Shown: positions 21,006 through 31,318 of the stretch, piece after piece
Layout: each line of letters starts with the position of its first letter
Position numbering within the stretch: the first letter of the stretch is position 1
DNA from: a virus
IMG/VR virus record: IMGVR_UViG_3300036715_000153
Coordinates: 1-64,000 of that record
Direction: 5' to 3' (one strand)
Length of the DNA stretch: 64,000 nt
Notes under the pieces: model-generated
What the model was told of the DNA's origin: nothing
The model's input: the letters and a program-made list of their open reading frames with translations, nothing else
Databases searched by the model: none
Made by a program: the position numbers and the translations under genes

Positions 21006-21183
21006 TTCTTTGCCTTTGATTTAGGAGCCTTCGCCCCTGAGCGAGTTGCGATGACCTTTGGTTCTGCTTTAAATGTATCTGGTGCTGGGGTAACAGCTAC
21101 AGGAATTTCTTTAACTTCAGGGATATTATGTACTCTATTGGTAATTTTGTCAACTAGCGCGTCCCACAAACTTTTAAGATATT

Positions 21184-22011
21184 TCATTTTTTAATCCATT
21201 GATGTAATTGTGAATCCTGTCTGCGAGCGATAATAGGCTTAGATGGATATGTTTTTGCAAACTGTCTAATTCTATCAGATGTTTCGTCGTCCCCTAAGTG
21301 CGAATCCCACGACGCACCCTTAACCTTAGGCTGTTTGATTTTATCGAAGTGTTCTGGGGTTACATCAAATACATGGGCACCTGCGACTTTATCTAAGTCT
21401 TTCCACTTATTGCGCTCTTTAGGAACCACAACTTCTCCTGGAGTGGTAATACCGCCAGACACGTTAACTGGGGCGTCTTCTAACAAGACGATCCCTTTAT
21501 CTGCGGCGTATGCAGTAAATAACTCATCCAACGAATCGACAGATATCCCGTCAGCAACACACTGCTCTTTAATCATCGAGTATGCTGAACCCAGTGCAGC
21601 AATTTGTGACCCGCCGGGGATCTTATCAAACAGTCGTTTCAACTTTAACACGAGATTGACGAGAGGTGTTAACTCCTCTTTTTCTTCGTCAGTCTCAGCT
21701 TTACGCAACTTGTTACCGTTAATGTCTACTAGACCCAGCTTATATACCTTCTGTTTACTCCACGGTAATACGAGCATACGAATGATACGAAACGCTATCC
21801 CGTAGTCTACGAGAGTTTTAATTATACCTTCGTTTAGTTCGACTGATTCTTTTATGCCAGCGGACTTCTTAAAGATTCCGGTAATATAATCGAACTCGTC
21901 TTTATGTCCCGCCTTATCCGCGATAGTCTTAGCATTGGACCACAGCGTTTCCAAATCGGTGATAGACTTACCACTGGACTTAGATAAATTTTTTAAATAT
22001 GCAGCTGGCAT
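21184..22011 (-). CDS. hypothetical, probably virion-associated protein
   Basis: Probable start MPAAYLK at 22011, overlapping upstream stop; IKES/LNEG/LLED resemble gp21 cleavage sites. Confidence 0.5.
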   Translation of the reverse strand: MPAAYLKNLSKSSGKSITDLETLWSNAKTIADKAGHKDEFDYITGIFKKSAGIKESVELNEGIIKTLVDYGIAFRIIRMLVLPWSKQKVYKLGLVDINGNKLRKAETDEEKEELTPLVNLVLKLKRLFDKIPGGSQIAALGSAYSMIKEQCVADGISVDSLDELFTAYAADKGIVLLEDAPVNVSGGITTPGEVVVPKERNKWKDLDKVAGAHVFDVTPEHFDKIKQPKVKGASWDSHLGDDETSDRIRQFAKTYPSKPIIARRQDSQLHQWIKK

Positions 22012-22421
22012 TACTTTCCTATCATTTTTCTTAACATAGTGTCTATGGTAGAATCTGTATTGATCGACGAATCTATCGTTAGCGTATCGGATATTAACAG
22101 TGGCTCGTCCATTAAGTCCAAGCAATCCCATATCGTTCGCAATATCGACAAATGCGTGGGCAAGTCTGCGCATCTGTAAAACATGAGGCGCTGACATCCC
22201 TCAACCCCAAACTCGTTAGATATTATTACGAGTTTATTTACAATCATTCGCAAGAGTTGTTCTGTTGGGTCAGACACAAACTTAGTCATATCTCCTTTAA
22301 CAGAGTATAACATATTCATCGAGCGCTTAAACATCTCCCGACTTACAGTTCTCGTCTTGTAGTATTCTATTGCACAAGATTCGAAATTCGAGCTGTCAAT
22401 TAATCTTAGATAACCGTCCAA
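22011..22421 (-). CDS. conserved T4-like hypothetical protein
   Basis: LRMIVNKLVIISNEFG...RLMFYR pattern. Confidence 0.6.
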   Translation of the reverse strand: MDGYLRLIDSSNFESCAIEYYKTRTVSREMFKRSMNMLYSVKGDMTKFVSDPTEQLLRMIVNKLVIISNEFGVEGCQRLMFYRCADLPTHLSILRTIWDCLDLMDEPLLISDTLTIDSSINTDSTIDTMLRKMIGK

Positions 22422-22423
22422 CG

Positions 22424-22795
22424 TTATTCTTCGTACTCTTCTTCGTACTCTTCTTCGTCAGATACTGCCAAATCTTCTTCGATGTTTTCGATATAGTCTA
22501 CATCAGCGAATATAGTATATACGCCCTCAGACAACGAATAGTGTATCACAAACCCGAATCCAGTATCGTTACCATCTTCGTCATCCAGAGAAGTTACTAC
22601 GCTTACGATGTCATCGTCATCCGGCTCGTCGATGGCTTCAATGATGTGGTGTGTAGTTACAAGTCCGTGCGATTCTACGATGTCTTGATATTTACGCGCA
22701 ACTGCAACAACTTCGTCGATCGTATCTAAGTTAGATACGTCTACCTCTTCAAACTCGTCGCATATCGCTTTAATTAGTTCATCTTCATTTATCAT
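22424..22795 (-). CDS. acidic hypothetical protein
   Basis: 123-aa D/E-rich ORF in late operon. Confidence 0.55.
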   Translation of the reverse strand: MINEDELIKAICDEFEEVDVSNLDTIDEVVAVARKYQDIVESHGLVTTHHIIEAIDEPDDDDIVSVVTSLDDEDGNDTGFGFVIHYSLSEGVYTIFADVDYIENIEEDLAVSDEEEYEEEYEE

Positions 22796-23228
22796 TTTTG
22801 CTATTCTTTTTCTTGGTTAATTTAACTTCTTCTGCTTCGACAGATTTAGTTAGATATAACTCAGGATTGATAAACTTGGTGCTTATCAGTAACTCGCCAG
22901 TAGACTTACTAACCCAACCCTTATCGGTCGGGATTGCATCTGGAGCGTATCTAGGGGGACTATTGATGTGACCGATATCCGCAATACCAGACCCAGTTAA
23001 TACTTGACCAGCAGTGAGAACTCCAGATGTTGCTGTGATCTCAGTAAGGTCGGCCGTAGAATTTTTTGTATCAGAATCAGCTAACGGAACGTTTGCTTCA
23101 TCACCGGAGATCGACGCCTCAGTAACTCGACTAACCCAGCCTCGTTTAGTAGCTACTGCTGTTGCTTGCGTGTCTGCTGGTGCTTGCGTGTCTGCTGGTG
23201 CGGTGTCGGTTGGAGAATATACTGACAT
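22785..23228 (-). CDS. hypothetical late protein
   Basis: Two T.(R/K)GWV motifs; upstream CTAAATA late-type promoter at 23280-23274. Confidence 0.55.
   Translation of the reverse strand: MSVYSPTDTAPADTQAPADTQATAVATKRGWVSRVTEASISGDEANVPLADSDTKNSTADLTEITATSGVLTAGQVLTGSGIADIGHINSPPRYAPDAIPTDKGWVSKSTGELLISTKFINPELYLTKSVEAEEVKLTKKKNSKNDK
23163..23198. repeat. 18-bp in-frame tandem duplication (PADTQA x2)
   Basis: tgcttgcgtgtctgctgg repeated twice. Confidence 0.85.
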
Positions 23229-23459
23229 GACGATTTCCTATTATTGTGTTAACTAAAATGTTATTACTCCTACTATTTAGTTAAACCGGATTGTGAGTAG
23301 ACTGAAACGGTTGTAGATTTAAGGATCTATCTATTAACACGTGCTTTACTAAAAACCCGTTAATATACTGTGGAGGAGATAACTCTAATATGCTCTGAGT
23401 CGAACCGTTAAAGTTTAAGTCTCCTGGAACTGTAGAGTATGACACACCATCTTTGTTTA

Positions 23460-24836
23460 TCATACGCTAATTCCCCCACCAGCCTTCTTAATGGCGGGTT
23501 TAGGTGTGTAGTCTTTAGGTTTAATCTCTTGACTAACTTTAGACTGATCATAAGAGCCGGCCTCTGTCAATCTCATTTGATTTAGATTAATCCCACACAC
23601 GAAGCGGTGGTTCGTGCGATCGCTAAATCTCGTCTTCAAAACTTTGAACATAACTTGATCCTGTTCGTCTAGTTCTTCTGTACGGATAATCGCAAACATC
23701 GAATCCACTGTGGATGGTAATCCCATCGACTCCGATGTATTAGTAAGATCTACGTCGGTATTTGCGAACCCCGAACGATTCAACTGTGAGCTCGTAATCA
23801 TAACAGCGTTAAACTCTACTGCGATAGATCTGAGCTCTTCAGCAACAGCCTTAATAATTGTATAGCTATTATTATTGCTTCCAGCTTTATATCTAGAACT
23901 AATCATTAAGTTAAGATAGTCTACTATAATTACATCTGGAGCGAAGTCCTTCTTGATCTTTAACTCGCCCAACAGCGCCCTAATATTAGCGGCGGAGATA
24001 GATGCAGGAGGATACTCTTTAATAAAGAACCGACCATTTGTATTTTTTGCAATCTTCTCGACTTTAGACTTATATGTTTCTAGTGGTATCGCCGGGATAT
24101 CGTACACATCGATACCAAACAAGTTTGCATCGATGCGCTCGCCGATGCGTTCCTCTGATAGCTCAAGTGTAATGTATAAGACATTGTACCCTTGTTTATA
24201 GAAGTGTGCTGCGAGATGCGACTTTACCAGAGACTTGCCGCCACCTGTTTGAGCAAGGAAACAGTTTAACGTCTTACGAGGGAAGCCACCTGCAAGCGCA
24301 CCGTTGATGTCCGATATGTCTGTCTTTAATCTAGCCGTCTGCTCGTGTAACTTTTCATATCGTTCCTCAACGTTTAACGCATAGTCGTGTCCGATTTCAG
24401 TCGACAGGGACACCGAGAGCGCGTCTCTGAGTAGCTCCGGTATAGCTGATCTGGGAAGTTCATCTTCCCCATTAAGTACACCGATAGACCTAACCACAGC
24501 ATTATGACACGCTGCTGCACGAGAGAACTCCTCGGTCTGATCTAGTAACCAATTAATATCCGGAGTTGTAAACGGCTGCTTAACTTCTTCGAGTAGTTGC
24601 AACACCCCCTTAAAGTCAGATTCAGTCAACCCACTTACGTTAGATAACTCCGTCTCGATAATATCAATCGTAGGAATGTTGTTATACTGGGCAGAGTATT
24701 TTTGAATTATATCTAGTAGTTTTTGATCTGCGCGTTCAGTGAAATACTCCGGCTTTAGGAAAGCTGTCGCCTTCCTCGCATACATTGGATTATAAATCAA
24801 GTTACTGAATATTATTTTACTTTGCATTGATAGCAC
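23460..24836 (-). CDS. 41: replicative helicase gp41
   Basis: LAQTGGGKS, VLYITLELSEE, IKEYP, IIVDYLNL, AEELR, SQLNRSG, SESMGLP. Confidence 0.95.
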   Translation of the reverse strand: MLSMQSKIIFSNLIYNPMYARKATAFLKPEYFTERADQKLLDIIQKYSAQYNNIPTIDIIETELSNVSGLTESDFKGVLQLLEEVKQPFTTPDINWLLDQTEEFSRAAACHNAVVRSIGVLNGEDELPRSAIPELLRDALSVSLSTEIGHDYALNVEERYEKLHEQTARLKTDISDINGALAGGFPRKTLNCFLAQTGGGKSLVKSHLAAHFYKQGYNVLYITLELSEERIGERIDANLFGIDVYDIPAIPLETYKSKVEKIAKNTNGRFFIKEYPPASISAANIRALLGELKIKKDFAPDVIIVDYLNLMISSRYKAGSNNNSYTIIKAVAEELRSIAVEFNAVMITSSQLNRSGFANTDVDLTNTSESMGLPSTVDSMFAIIRTEELDEQDQVMFKVLKTRFSDRTNHRFVCGINLNQMRLTEAGSYDQSKVSQEIKPKDYTPKPAIKKAGGGISV

Positions 24837-24890
24837 CGGAATGTGATATGGATTAATATATAGGCATACGATACCTATAAAGTAAAGCTA

Positions 24891-25094
24891 TTAAGACTTT
24901 GTCGGGTTACTCGACGATGAGAATGGGACTCCATTAAACACAAAAGAGGATGTGGCGCTAACCAATCGTTCCGTTTCGTCTCCACACACTGAGCAGAGTA
25001 TGTCTTTCTCAGCAGATGTGTTAATCTCTGACGATTTTAAGATGTAGTCGTCGACATATCCGCATTGTTTGCATTTAAAACTATAAATAGGCAC
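24891..25094 (-). CDS. FmdB-like zinc-ribbon protein
   Basis: MPIYSFKCKQCG...CSVCG...RLVS. Confidence 0.75.
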   Translation of the reverse strand: MPIYSFKCKQCGYVDDYILKSSEINTSAEKDILCSVCGDETERLVSATSSFVFNGVPFSSSSNPTKS

Positions 25095-25095
25095 G

Positions 25096-25392
25096 TTAAA
25101 CCTCCAGATTTGGTGGAGTTAATTCTCCAGATTCAATTTTTGCTGCTACGTCCTTTATCGCGAAATTAATAAACTTTTCTACGACAGATTCGATCTCGCC
25201 ATATAACTTAGTTAGGCGCTCTTCGCCACCCTCAAAATATTGGTTCGTTGCAATATCGTACGCGATAGACGTAAAATCGGAATCGTTAGGTATAAGTCTA
25301 AACATTACACCCGTTAGTTCGCCTTCCAACAATACAAACCATTGCGTATCTTCCTCGGTAAAAATTGTAAATGGCGGTAAGTCTCGTTTCAT
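25096..25392 (-). CDS. hypothetical protein (T4 gp40 position)
   Basis: 98-aa ORF between uvsX and 41; position only. Confidence 0.5.
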   Translation of the reverse strand: MKRDLPPFTIFTEEDTQWFVLLEGELTGVMFRLIPNDSDFTSIAYDIATNQYFEGGEERLTKLYGEIESVVEKFINFAIKDVAAKIESGELTPPNLEV

Positions 25393-25588
25393 TTCCTGTC
25401 TGTCCCTGTGATATGCATCATGTCTAAGTCGTTGTCTTGTGGTAACTTAACTAAAATCGTCTGTTTAAGTCCCGAATCGGACTTAGGGGCAGAAGAAAGA
25501 ACCCTGACGCTCTTCTTCATTAAGTCTTTGGAAAACTTAGCGCGGCGGCGCCGCTCCAGGTAGTTTTGTATTAAGGAAAATAACCACT

Positions 25589-26668
25589 TCATATAATTTC
25601 TCCTGTCTCTTTGTCAATAGTTTCCTCGATGGATTCGATTGAAGAGTCGTGTCCTTTACCGTACCCAAAGATCGACTTACACCCTTCGTCGATTTTATCT
25701 AGTAGCTCTTTAGTGTAAACCTCTTCTGGGTTCTCATTAATAACTTTACCATAAACAAGGCGACCGTCTGCTAACTTATATCGAACACCCTCTTTAACGA
25801 TAGCACCACAACGTTCGGCGATCTCCAACAATCCATAGTAACGGGACAAACCAGTTTCAAAATCAATCAGACATTCTGCCTGGGAGAATTCTTTTGTAAA
25901 CCTAGATTTCTCGGCTACAGCCCTGATGTTGTTACCTATAACATCCTTTCCATCTTTCTCCTTACGCTTGTTGAGCATAATGATCGTAGATGCCACATAT
26001 TTTAAGCTGTTCCCCCCGCCAATTTCGCGTGGCCGGTACTGATCCATTGTTGCGTAAGCGTGCTGAGTCATCAGTAATGGTACATCTGTACGACCTAACT
26101 TCAATGCGATAACACGGAACGTCGCCTTAATAATTTGATTGCGAGTCATATCCTTTGTCTCAGAGCCTTCAGCCGTATCTGTTATCTCTTTAGTCGTAGA
26201 TAGCATACCGAGCGAGTCGAGTATCATCAACATGGGAGGTCTCTTCGACTTATCCCTATCAGACTGTTCGTACTTATCCAAGATAGTAATACACTGGTGT
26301 CGGAATTCTTGAATAGTAACCACAGGAAGGACAGCAACACGATTAATATCAATACCGCGTGATACAAACATGTCCTTACTAATAGCTGACTCAGATTCAA
26401 AATAGAAACAGAACCCAGTAGGGTTATTATCTAAAAATAGCTTTAGGGCAGTCAGGAATGCGAAACTTTTCCCTGCACCGGGATCTCCAGACATCACCGT
26501 AGCTTTACCCAACGGATAACCACCATAGATAGACCCAGAGATAAGAGCATTCAAACTATATGAACCACTATCCAACCAGCCAGCTACGTCACCACATGCT
26601 ACGCCATCTGCCACGATACTGGCATCTTGATTTTTTGTTGCTTTCAACATTTCTGTGAATAAACTCAT
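25589..26668 (-). CDS. uvsX: RecA-like recombinase UvsX
   Basis: DSGSYSLNALISGS, GDPGAGKS, YFESE, ILDSLGMLST, KDMTR, GGGNSLKY. Confidence 0.95.
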   Translation of the reverse strand: MSLFTEMLKATKNQDASIVADGVACGDVAGWLDSGSYSLNALISGSIYGGYPLGKATVMSGDPGAGKSFAFLTALKLFLDNNPTGFCFYFESESAISKDMFVSRGIDINRVAVLPVVTIQEFRHQCITILDKYEQSDRDKSKRPPMLMILDSLGMLSTTKEITDTAEGSETKDMTRNQIIKATFRVIALKLGRTDVPLLMTQHAYATMDQYRPREIGGGNSLKYVASTIIMLNKRKEKDGKDVIGNNIRAVAEKSRFTKEFSQAECLIDFETGLSRYYGLLEIAERCGAIVKEGVRYKLADGRLVYGKVINENPEEVYTKELLDKIDEGCKSIFGYGKGHDSSIESIEETIDKETGEII

Positions 26669-26693
26669 ATACTATTCCTTATTTTCTTAATTA

Positions 26694-26984
26694 CTAAAAA
26701 TCTTCTTTGAGCGTACCTGTAATAATACGATACGCCGTAGTAACTGCATCGTTTTCATGTTCGACTGCATCAATAGACGCTTTATAGTGGATCTTAGCAA
26801 GTTTTGACAACACCTTCTTGGGAATATCGAACTTCTCAGACAGTGCAGCAATAGCATCTTTTACAAATTCACGTTCAGCGGAAGCACGAATCCACGCGTT
26901 ACCAATTTCTTCAAAGGCATCGACGATCTCTTTCTTATCGGCCGGGTTACTTGGTAAGATTACTTCTAGTTGTTCGACGGACAT
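26694..26984 (-). CDS. dsbA: T4 DsbA-like dsDNA-binding protein
   Basis: EREFVKDAIAALSEKFDIPKKVLSKLAKIHYK pattern and size. Confidence 0.7.
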   Translation of the reverse strand: MSVEQLEVILPSNPADKKEIVDAFEEIGNAWIRASAEREFVKDAIAALSEKFDIPKKVLSKLAKIHYKASIDAVEHENDAVTTAYRIITGTLKEDF

Positions 26985-27322
26985 TATACAGTCTCCTTAT
27001 TCTTAAAGGCAGTGGAACGCATGTCGCAGAATGTTTGATAGACGGTGCTGTTACGACCATACACGTTACCAGTCTTTTCCAGTTTGCGAGATAGCTTGCT
27101 ACCTGCTGGATTGTGGCTATGTTTATGACCAACCTTACGACATTGTTTTCCTTTTGCATCGCGCGCAGCCTTCATCCATACGTTCAAATCATGAATTTGT
27201 TCGGGGGTCATTTGTTGGGTTTGATCTGCCTGCGATACTACTGTGTCGCCTGTAATCTCGTTAACTACTTCTACGTCTTGCACGTTATCTTCTTGCATTG
27301 TGTTCTCCTTAGTGTTAATCAT
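26984..27322 (-). CDS. hypothetical protein
   Basis: HNPAGSKLSRK motif; AAGGAG SD suggests start at MQED. Confidence 0.5.
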   Translation of the reverse strand: MINTKENTMQEDNVQDVEVVNEITGDTVVSQADQTQQMTPEQIHDLNVWMKAARDAKGKQCRKVGHKHSHNPAGSKLSRKLEKTGNVYGRNSTVYQTFCDMRSTAFKNKETV

Positions 27323-27349
27323 ATATTATATTACAGATACAGTATGTAG

Positions 27350-27691
27350 TCAATCGTTATATACGATCGCACCGTTTTCTTCATCTTCGTTAACTTCACA
27401 TCTAACTAATCCAAATTCATTAATGAGTTCGGTTGCAATCATTTCACACGACTGCGATCCAAAAAAGCAAACGCCATGACCAGTATTATACTTACTCAAC
27501 AGATACTGTTTTATCTTATGACCAAGCTGAATAAACTCGACATCTCGATCTGAATGTGTTACGCCTACGAATGCCTTAATTCCAAACAAGTGACGATGTG
27601 GATGTTTTAAATAACTAACTTCGTCGATATCACAATTTGCCCAATTATGAATACCTTCGATTTTTAGTGTGCAATATACTTCTGTTTTCAT
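27350..27691 (-). CDS. dpdL: T-fold protein, DpdL-like (predicted CDG decarboxylase)
   Basis: EGIHNW, LKHPHRHLF (LxxxHRHxF), DRDVEF, SCEMIA, EDEENGA; end of deazaguanine operon. Confidence 0.7.
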   Translation of the reverse strand: MKTEVYCTLKIEGIHNWANCDIDEVSYLKHPHRHLFGIKAFVGVTHSDRDVEFIQLGHKIKQYLLSKYNTGHGVCFFGSQSCEMIATELINEFGLVRCEVNEDEENGAIVYND

Positions 27692-27692
27692 G

Positions 27693-28721
27693 TTATAGTT
27701 CCCTGAGTTTGTTAATTAGTATTGTTGCTGAGAAGAAATTCTCTTTTTGGAACTGTCTATTCCGAATCATCGAATGGACAAAATATTCGTACCCCTCGAT
27801 CAAATCTGTAATACGATTTGCTAAGTACCTAATATCGGTCATATCCTTACGTTGATACCTAAATACATCATCTACGTACATCTCGGCGTATGATAAGTGG
27901 TTTGGTACTAGGGGTAAACAGTTTGCAACCATTGCCTCATACTGACAGATACCGAGCGTCTCTAAATCTGCTGCAGAGAACATAACCTTAGCCCTGGCTA
28001 ACGTAGCATGATACTGGTCTTTGGTCATGTTGTGTCTTTGTGGGACGATAAACTCATACTGCGGTAACATCTTTGCCAGCGCATCAAATACTTCGACGTG
28101 CTTCTCTGGAGAGATTCTATGTGGAAACACAACTACGTTTTCTTTCATTATACCCGGGAATGGAATGTCGTTAATATACTCCATCGGAAATCCAGAACGC
28201 AGGATGCGTTGATCATATGCACTTCCGCCCAGAGTATCTATAAACTGATCGATGTGTGATTCAGTTGCAAAGACATTTACGTCCGCTGCGTTAAACATTG
28301 CTCGCTCTGCGTGATATGACCAGTTCTTGTCCATCATCCGTCCAAGTGGATCTTCTGCAATATAACTACCAGCATGCCAAAGTGAAACTATCTTAAACTT
28401 CTTGCCGAGTAGGTCTTTAATATACTTCAACATCAACACAACTGGATTCCAGCCGTCGGTTACCAAGATAACATCTTCGTCTTTAACTGCGCCAGAATTA
28501 ATTAACGAAATTATCTTAATAGCTTGTTGAGATTTCCAGATATTTGTTTCTGCGAAATTAAGAAACGCACCTGGAGTGGATTCGACCATGCCCATATCAC
28601 CATCAACAGATTCTACTTCAAATCCCGAATCGCTTAACAGGTTAGGGATGTGTCTATACCACTGACCGGTGTATCTCGTTGGAACGGATTCTAAACTTAA
28701 TATCCAAATCTTCTTACTCAT
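27693..28721 (-). CDS. GT-B glycosyltransferase
   Basis: WHAGSY, VFPHRISPEK, ETLGICQYEA..ANCLPLVPN.LSY.EM (GT4-like Ex7E). Confidence 0.8.
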   Translation of the reverse strand: MSKKIWILSLESVPTRYTGQWYRHIPNLLSDSGFEVESVDGDMGMVESTPGAFLNFAETNIWKSQQAIKIISLINSGAVKDEDVILVTDGWNPVVLMLKYIKDLLGKKFKIVSLWHAGSYIAEDPLGRMMDKNWSYHAERAMFNAADVNVFATESHIDQFIDTLGGSAYDQRILRSGFPMEYINDIPFPGIMKENVVVFPHRISPEKHVEVFDALAKMLPQYEFIVPQRHNMTKDQYHATLARAKVMFSAADLETLGICQYEAMVANCLPLVPNHLSYAEMYVDDVFRYQRKDMTDIRYLANRITDLIEGYEYFVHSMIRNRQFQKENFFSATILINKLREL

Positions 28722-29232
28722 TAATAATTATATCCTTTCCGTACTTTTCCCATGGGGTGAACGTGTTTGGTTGTTTCGCATTATGTACCCACACCCCGGT
28801 ATTAGTCGCATTAAAGTCCACATCATCGACTTTAATATATAAGTTCTTAATACTATCAGCATACGGCAACTTACACGAAACAGTCAAACAAAATAGATCG
28901 CTATCTGCTAGACTGTATGAATGCAACAGTGTCGAAATTTGTTTATACAGTATAACATCTAAGTCTATCGTTGTAAACGATTTGTAGGTGTTCACTAACC
29001 ATGATGCCAACTCGACCCACTTATGTAAGTTGGTTGATGTGATAGAATGATTCGCACCTAAATAGACATGCTCGCAATCATACATCTCATAATTTTTAAC
29101 GATCTCTTTAATATCTGTATCTGGGTCAGAAACAAACAGAGTCGTCCTGGAAACAAATATCGTTTGTTCTATCTCTTCCCCGATAAACATATTCACACCA
29201 GATGCGGTACCTGTGGTGTACTCTCGTTTCAT
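28714..29232 (-). CDS. hypothetical protein in deazaguanine operon
   Basis: FIGEEIE.T, HVYLGANHS, KVDDVDFNATNTGVWVH; overlaps both neighbours. Confidence 0.7.
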   Translation of the reverse strand: MKREYTTGTASGVNMFIGEEIEQTIFVSRTTLFVSDPDTDIKEIVKNYEMYDCEHVYLGANHSITSTNLHKWVELASWLVNTYKSFTTIDLDVILYKQISTLLHSYSLADSDLFCLTVSCKLPYADSIKNLYIKVDDVDFNATNTGVWVHNAKQPNTFTPWEKYGKDIIINE

Positions 29233-30497
29233 GCAAAGAACTCCGATAATGTATTGGGTTGCGAACTATTGATTCTATCTGAGGAACAGTGTTTACCTAC
29301 GTGTGTATTCCAGTGATTGAAGTCGTCTAGTGTATGTACGTCATACAATGAATTAAAGATTGCTTCCTCTTTCCTGGTTCCGGCAACCACAACAATCTTA
29401 TCACGCGTATTAGTATTTGCAACGTTTTCCATAAAGTTAGCTGCCCCACTAAGAATCCAAATAACCATAGACTTAATTGCGCTATGTCTTTTGCCATACT
29501 TAGCTTCGAACTTCTTAGAAGCCAGGTTCACACCATCGAAGAACTCATTATGTCCACAGTGGATATCAAACCATTTACTCACGTCGTCATATATAGATTT
29601 TATTACACCTGGCTCTAAATGTCTAGTGATATTAATATCTGCAGAACCTGTGCAGTATCTTCCATAATGTGGAGATGATGAGTGTGTAGTAGAATCGAAG
29701 CTAATGTGGGTATCTTTATACAAACCATTATTCACAAAAGTAATCGTAGGCAGCATGCGAGATAAAGACCCAACACCCAACAAGTGTAGATGTTTGTGCG
29801 TTACGTCTAATGGTAGTTGTGTATAGTAAAACGCACGACTAATATCTTCTAATGTACCCCTTCCATGCGCACCAGAAGATAGCGCAACACCGCCGATGTA
29901 CTGATGTAGATCCGTTGGAATTTCTTTAATGACTAGATCTGCCCAGTTCATAAAACTATCGTAGTCGTTACCATGACAGATCATCACAGGACGAGTAGAA
30001 CACTTAGCATTATTGAAAAACTCGATCTGCTCTAATAGATTGAGCCCAGACTGCTTAGCACACGCGTCAACTTTATTAAAGTCAAACCAACGACCAGATG
30101 TATCTAATCGCTTAGACCGGTCGCCAGACATAGACAGTGGAATTTCATCAAACGACATACCAACAGAGGCAGACTCAGACTGATTCAAATATACCTTACG
30201 TTTCATTTCTGGAGTAATCTTCGCTCCAAGCGTAATTGCTTGTAGACCTCCAGAATCTGCATACAAGTTCTTAATATGATTCCCGTATGTGCCTTTAATT
30301 AACTTACCGAACCTAGCCTCAGAGAATGCGTTATACAGTAACGAGAAGTCGTATCCCCTACTGTTCATACGATCAAACATATCAGCGATGTCTTGAATAA
30401 GTTCTGGGTCGGTTAGTGCCTCTTGAAACAAGATACGAGTAAAAGATACCCCAGATAAAACATATTCATATCTATTGCCGTTTGCTGTTTCTATCAT
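29229..30497 (-). CDS. dpdA: DNA guanine transglycosylase, DpdA/TGT family
   Basis: YADSGGLQ, SFDEIP, CHG, GGVAL, HLHLLGVG, SFDSTT; context with folE/queD/queE. Confidence 0.85.
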   Translation of the reverse strand: MIETANGNRYEYVLSGVSFTRILFQEALTDPELIQDIADMFDRMNSRGYDFSLLYNAFSEARFGKLIKGTYGNHIKNLYADSGGLQAITLGAKITPEMKRKVYLNQSESASVGMSFDEIPLSMSGDRSKRLDTSGRWFDFNKVDACAKQSGLNLLEQIEFFNNAKCSTRPVMICHGNDYDSFMNWADLVIKEIPTDLHQYIGGVALSSGAHGRGTLEDISRAFYYTQLPLDVTHKHLHLLGVGSLSRMLPTITFVNNGLYKDTHISFDSTTHSSSPHYGRYCTGSADINITRHLEPGVIKSIYDDVSKWFDIHCGHNEFFDGVNLASKKFEAKYGKRHSAIKSMVIWILSGAANFMENVANTNTRDKIVVVAGTRKEEAIFNSLYDVHTLDDFNHWNTHVGKHCSSDRINSSQPNTLSEFFA

Positions 30498-31315
30498 TTG
30501 ATGCCTTTAAAAGTGACGTACCTAAAACCACCGGATACGTAATGATCCCAAACTGGGCGTGTAATTTCTCTTACCTCTATATTAACACCAAACACCCCTC
30601 GAAGTCTAGAAGAAAGTTTAGCATTGTCTGCGAACTCGTCGCTCAAAATATATACGTCAACGTCACTAGCTTTAGTTGCGCGATTGAAACCGTACGATCC
30701 ACCGATTAAACAGTCTTGCCCGAGAACGTCGCCGAACAATTCTAGTTCTTCGTCAGATAAGATACGTTTAATCTTACCTAACATATCTTTAAAGATTAGT
30801 TCTCGATCAATACGCTGCACATACACACCGTGAATTAATTCCAACTCGCCGATAAGTTTACACAGATGACGATCTACGTTATCTCTAAACGATTCAGGAG
30901 GACGACTACCGTCATCGTGATATTTTAGTGGACTGAGGTAGTATAGTGTGTCGTATGTCCTGCACCAGTTAACAACAAAGTCCCACACATAGCCAATCCT
31001 ACCATACTGGTATTCCATGTACGCATAAAAGTCTAAGACAGATCGGTCAGATACGATTACATCTGTACCGTCTCTCAAAAGCATTTCGGTCTCTTTGCAG
31101 ACCATATTGAATACGACATTATACTGTGCGAGGATATCTGTCTCGAGCTTTTCACGATCAAAACAAAGACGGCGATCTTGTTGTAAGACACCGTCAGCCA
31201 AGATACCAAGGCGCTTGAGTTTACCCATTAACTCGTAGACTAATGTAGTCTTACCTGCAGAAGATGTACCAATAACTGCAAACTTAGTTTTAGGTATTTG
31301 TACTTGTTCTGTCAT
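30494..31315 (-). CDS. P-loop kinase (AAA_28/NMPK-like) fused to minimal nucleotidyltransferase
   Basis: GTSSAGKTT, SDRSVLD, DDGSR; C-terminal GGSYGFNRATKASDVDVY. Confidence 0.7.
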   Translation of the reverse strand: MTEQVQIPKTKFAVIGTSSAGKTTLVYELMGKLKRLGILADGVLQQDRRLCFDREKLETDILAQYNVVFNMVCKETEMLLRDGTDVIVSDRSVLDFYAYMEYQYGRIGYVWDFVVNWCRTYDTLYYLSPLKYHDDGSRPPESFRDNVDRHLCKLIGELELIHGVYVQRIDRELIFKDMLGKIKRILSDEELELFGDVLGQDCLIGGSYGFNRATKASDVDVYILSDEFADNAKLSSRLRGVFGVNIEVREITRPVWDHYVSGGFRYVTFKGIK

Positions 31316-31318
31316 ACG

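Noticed and set aside
22012-22197. N-terminal extension of the 337-aa track ORF; likewise 15813-15950 and 34890-34946
   Set aside because: These overlap other genes or a tRNA; better starts exist downstream
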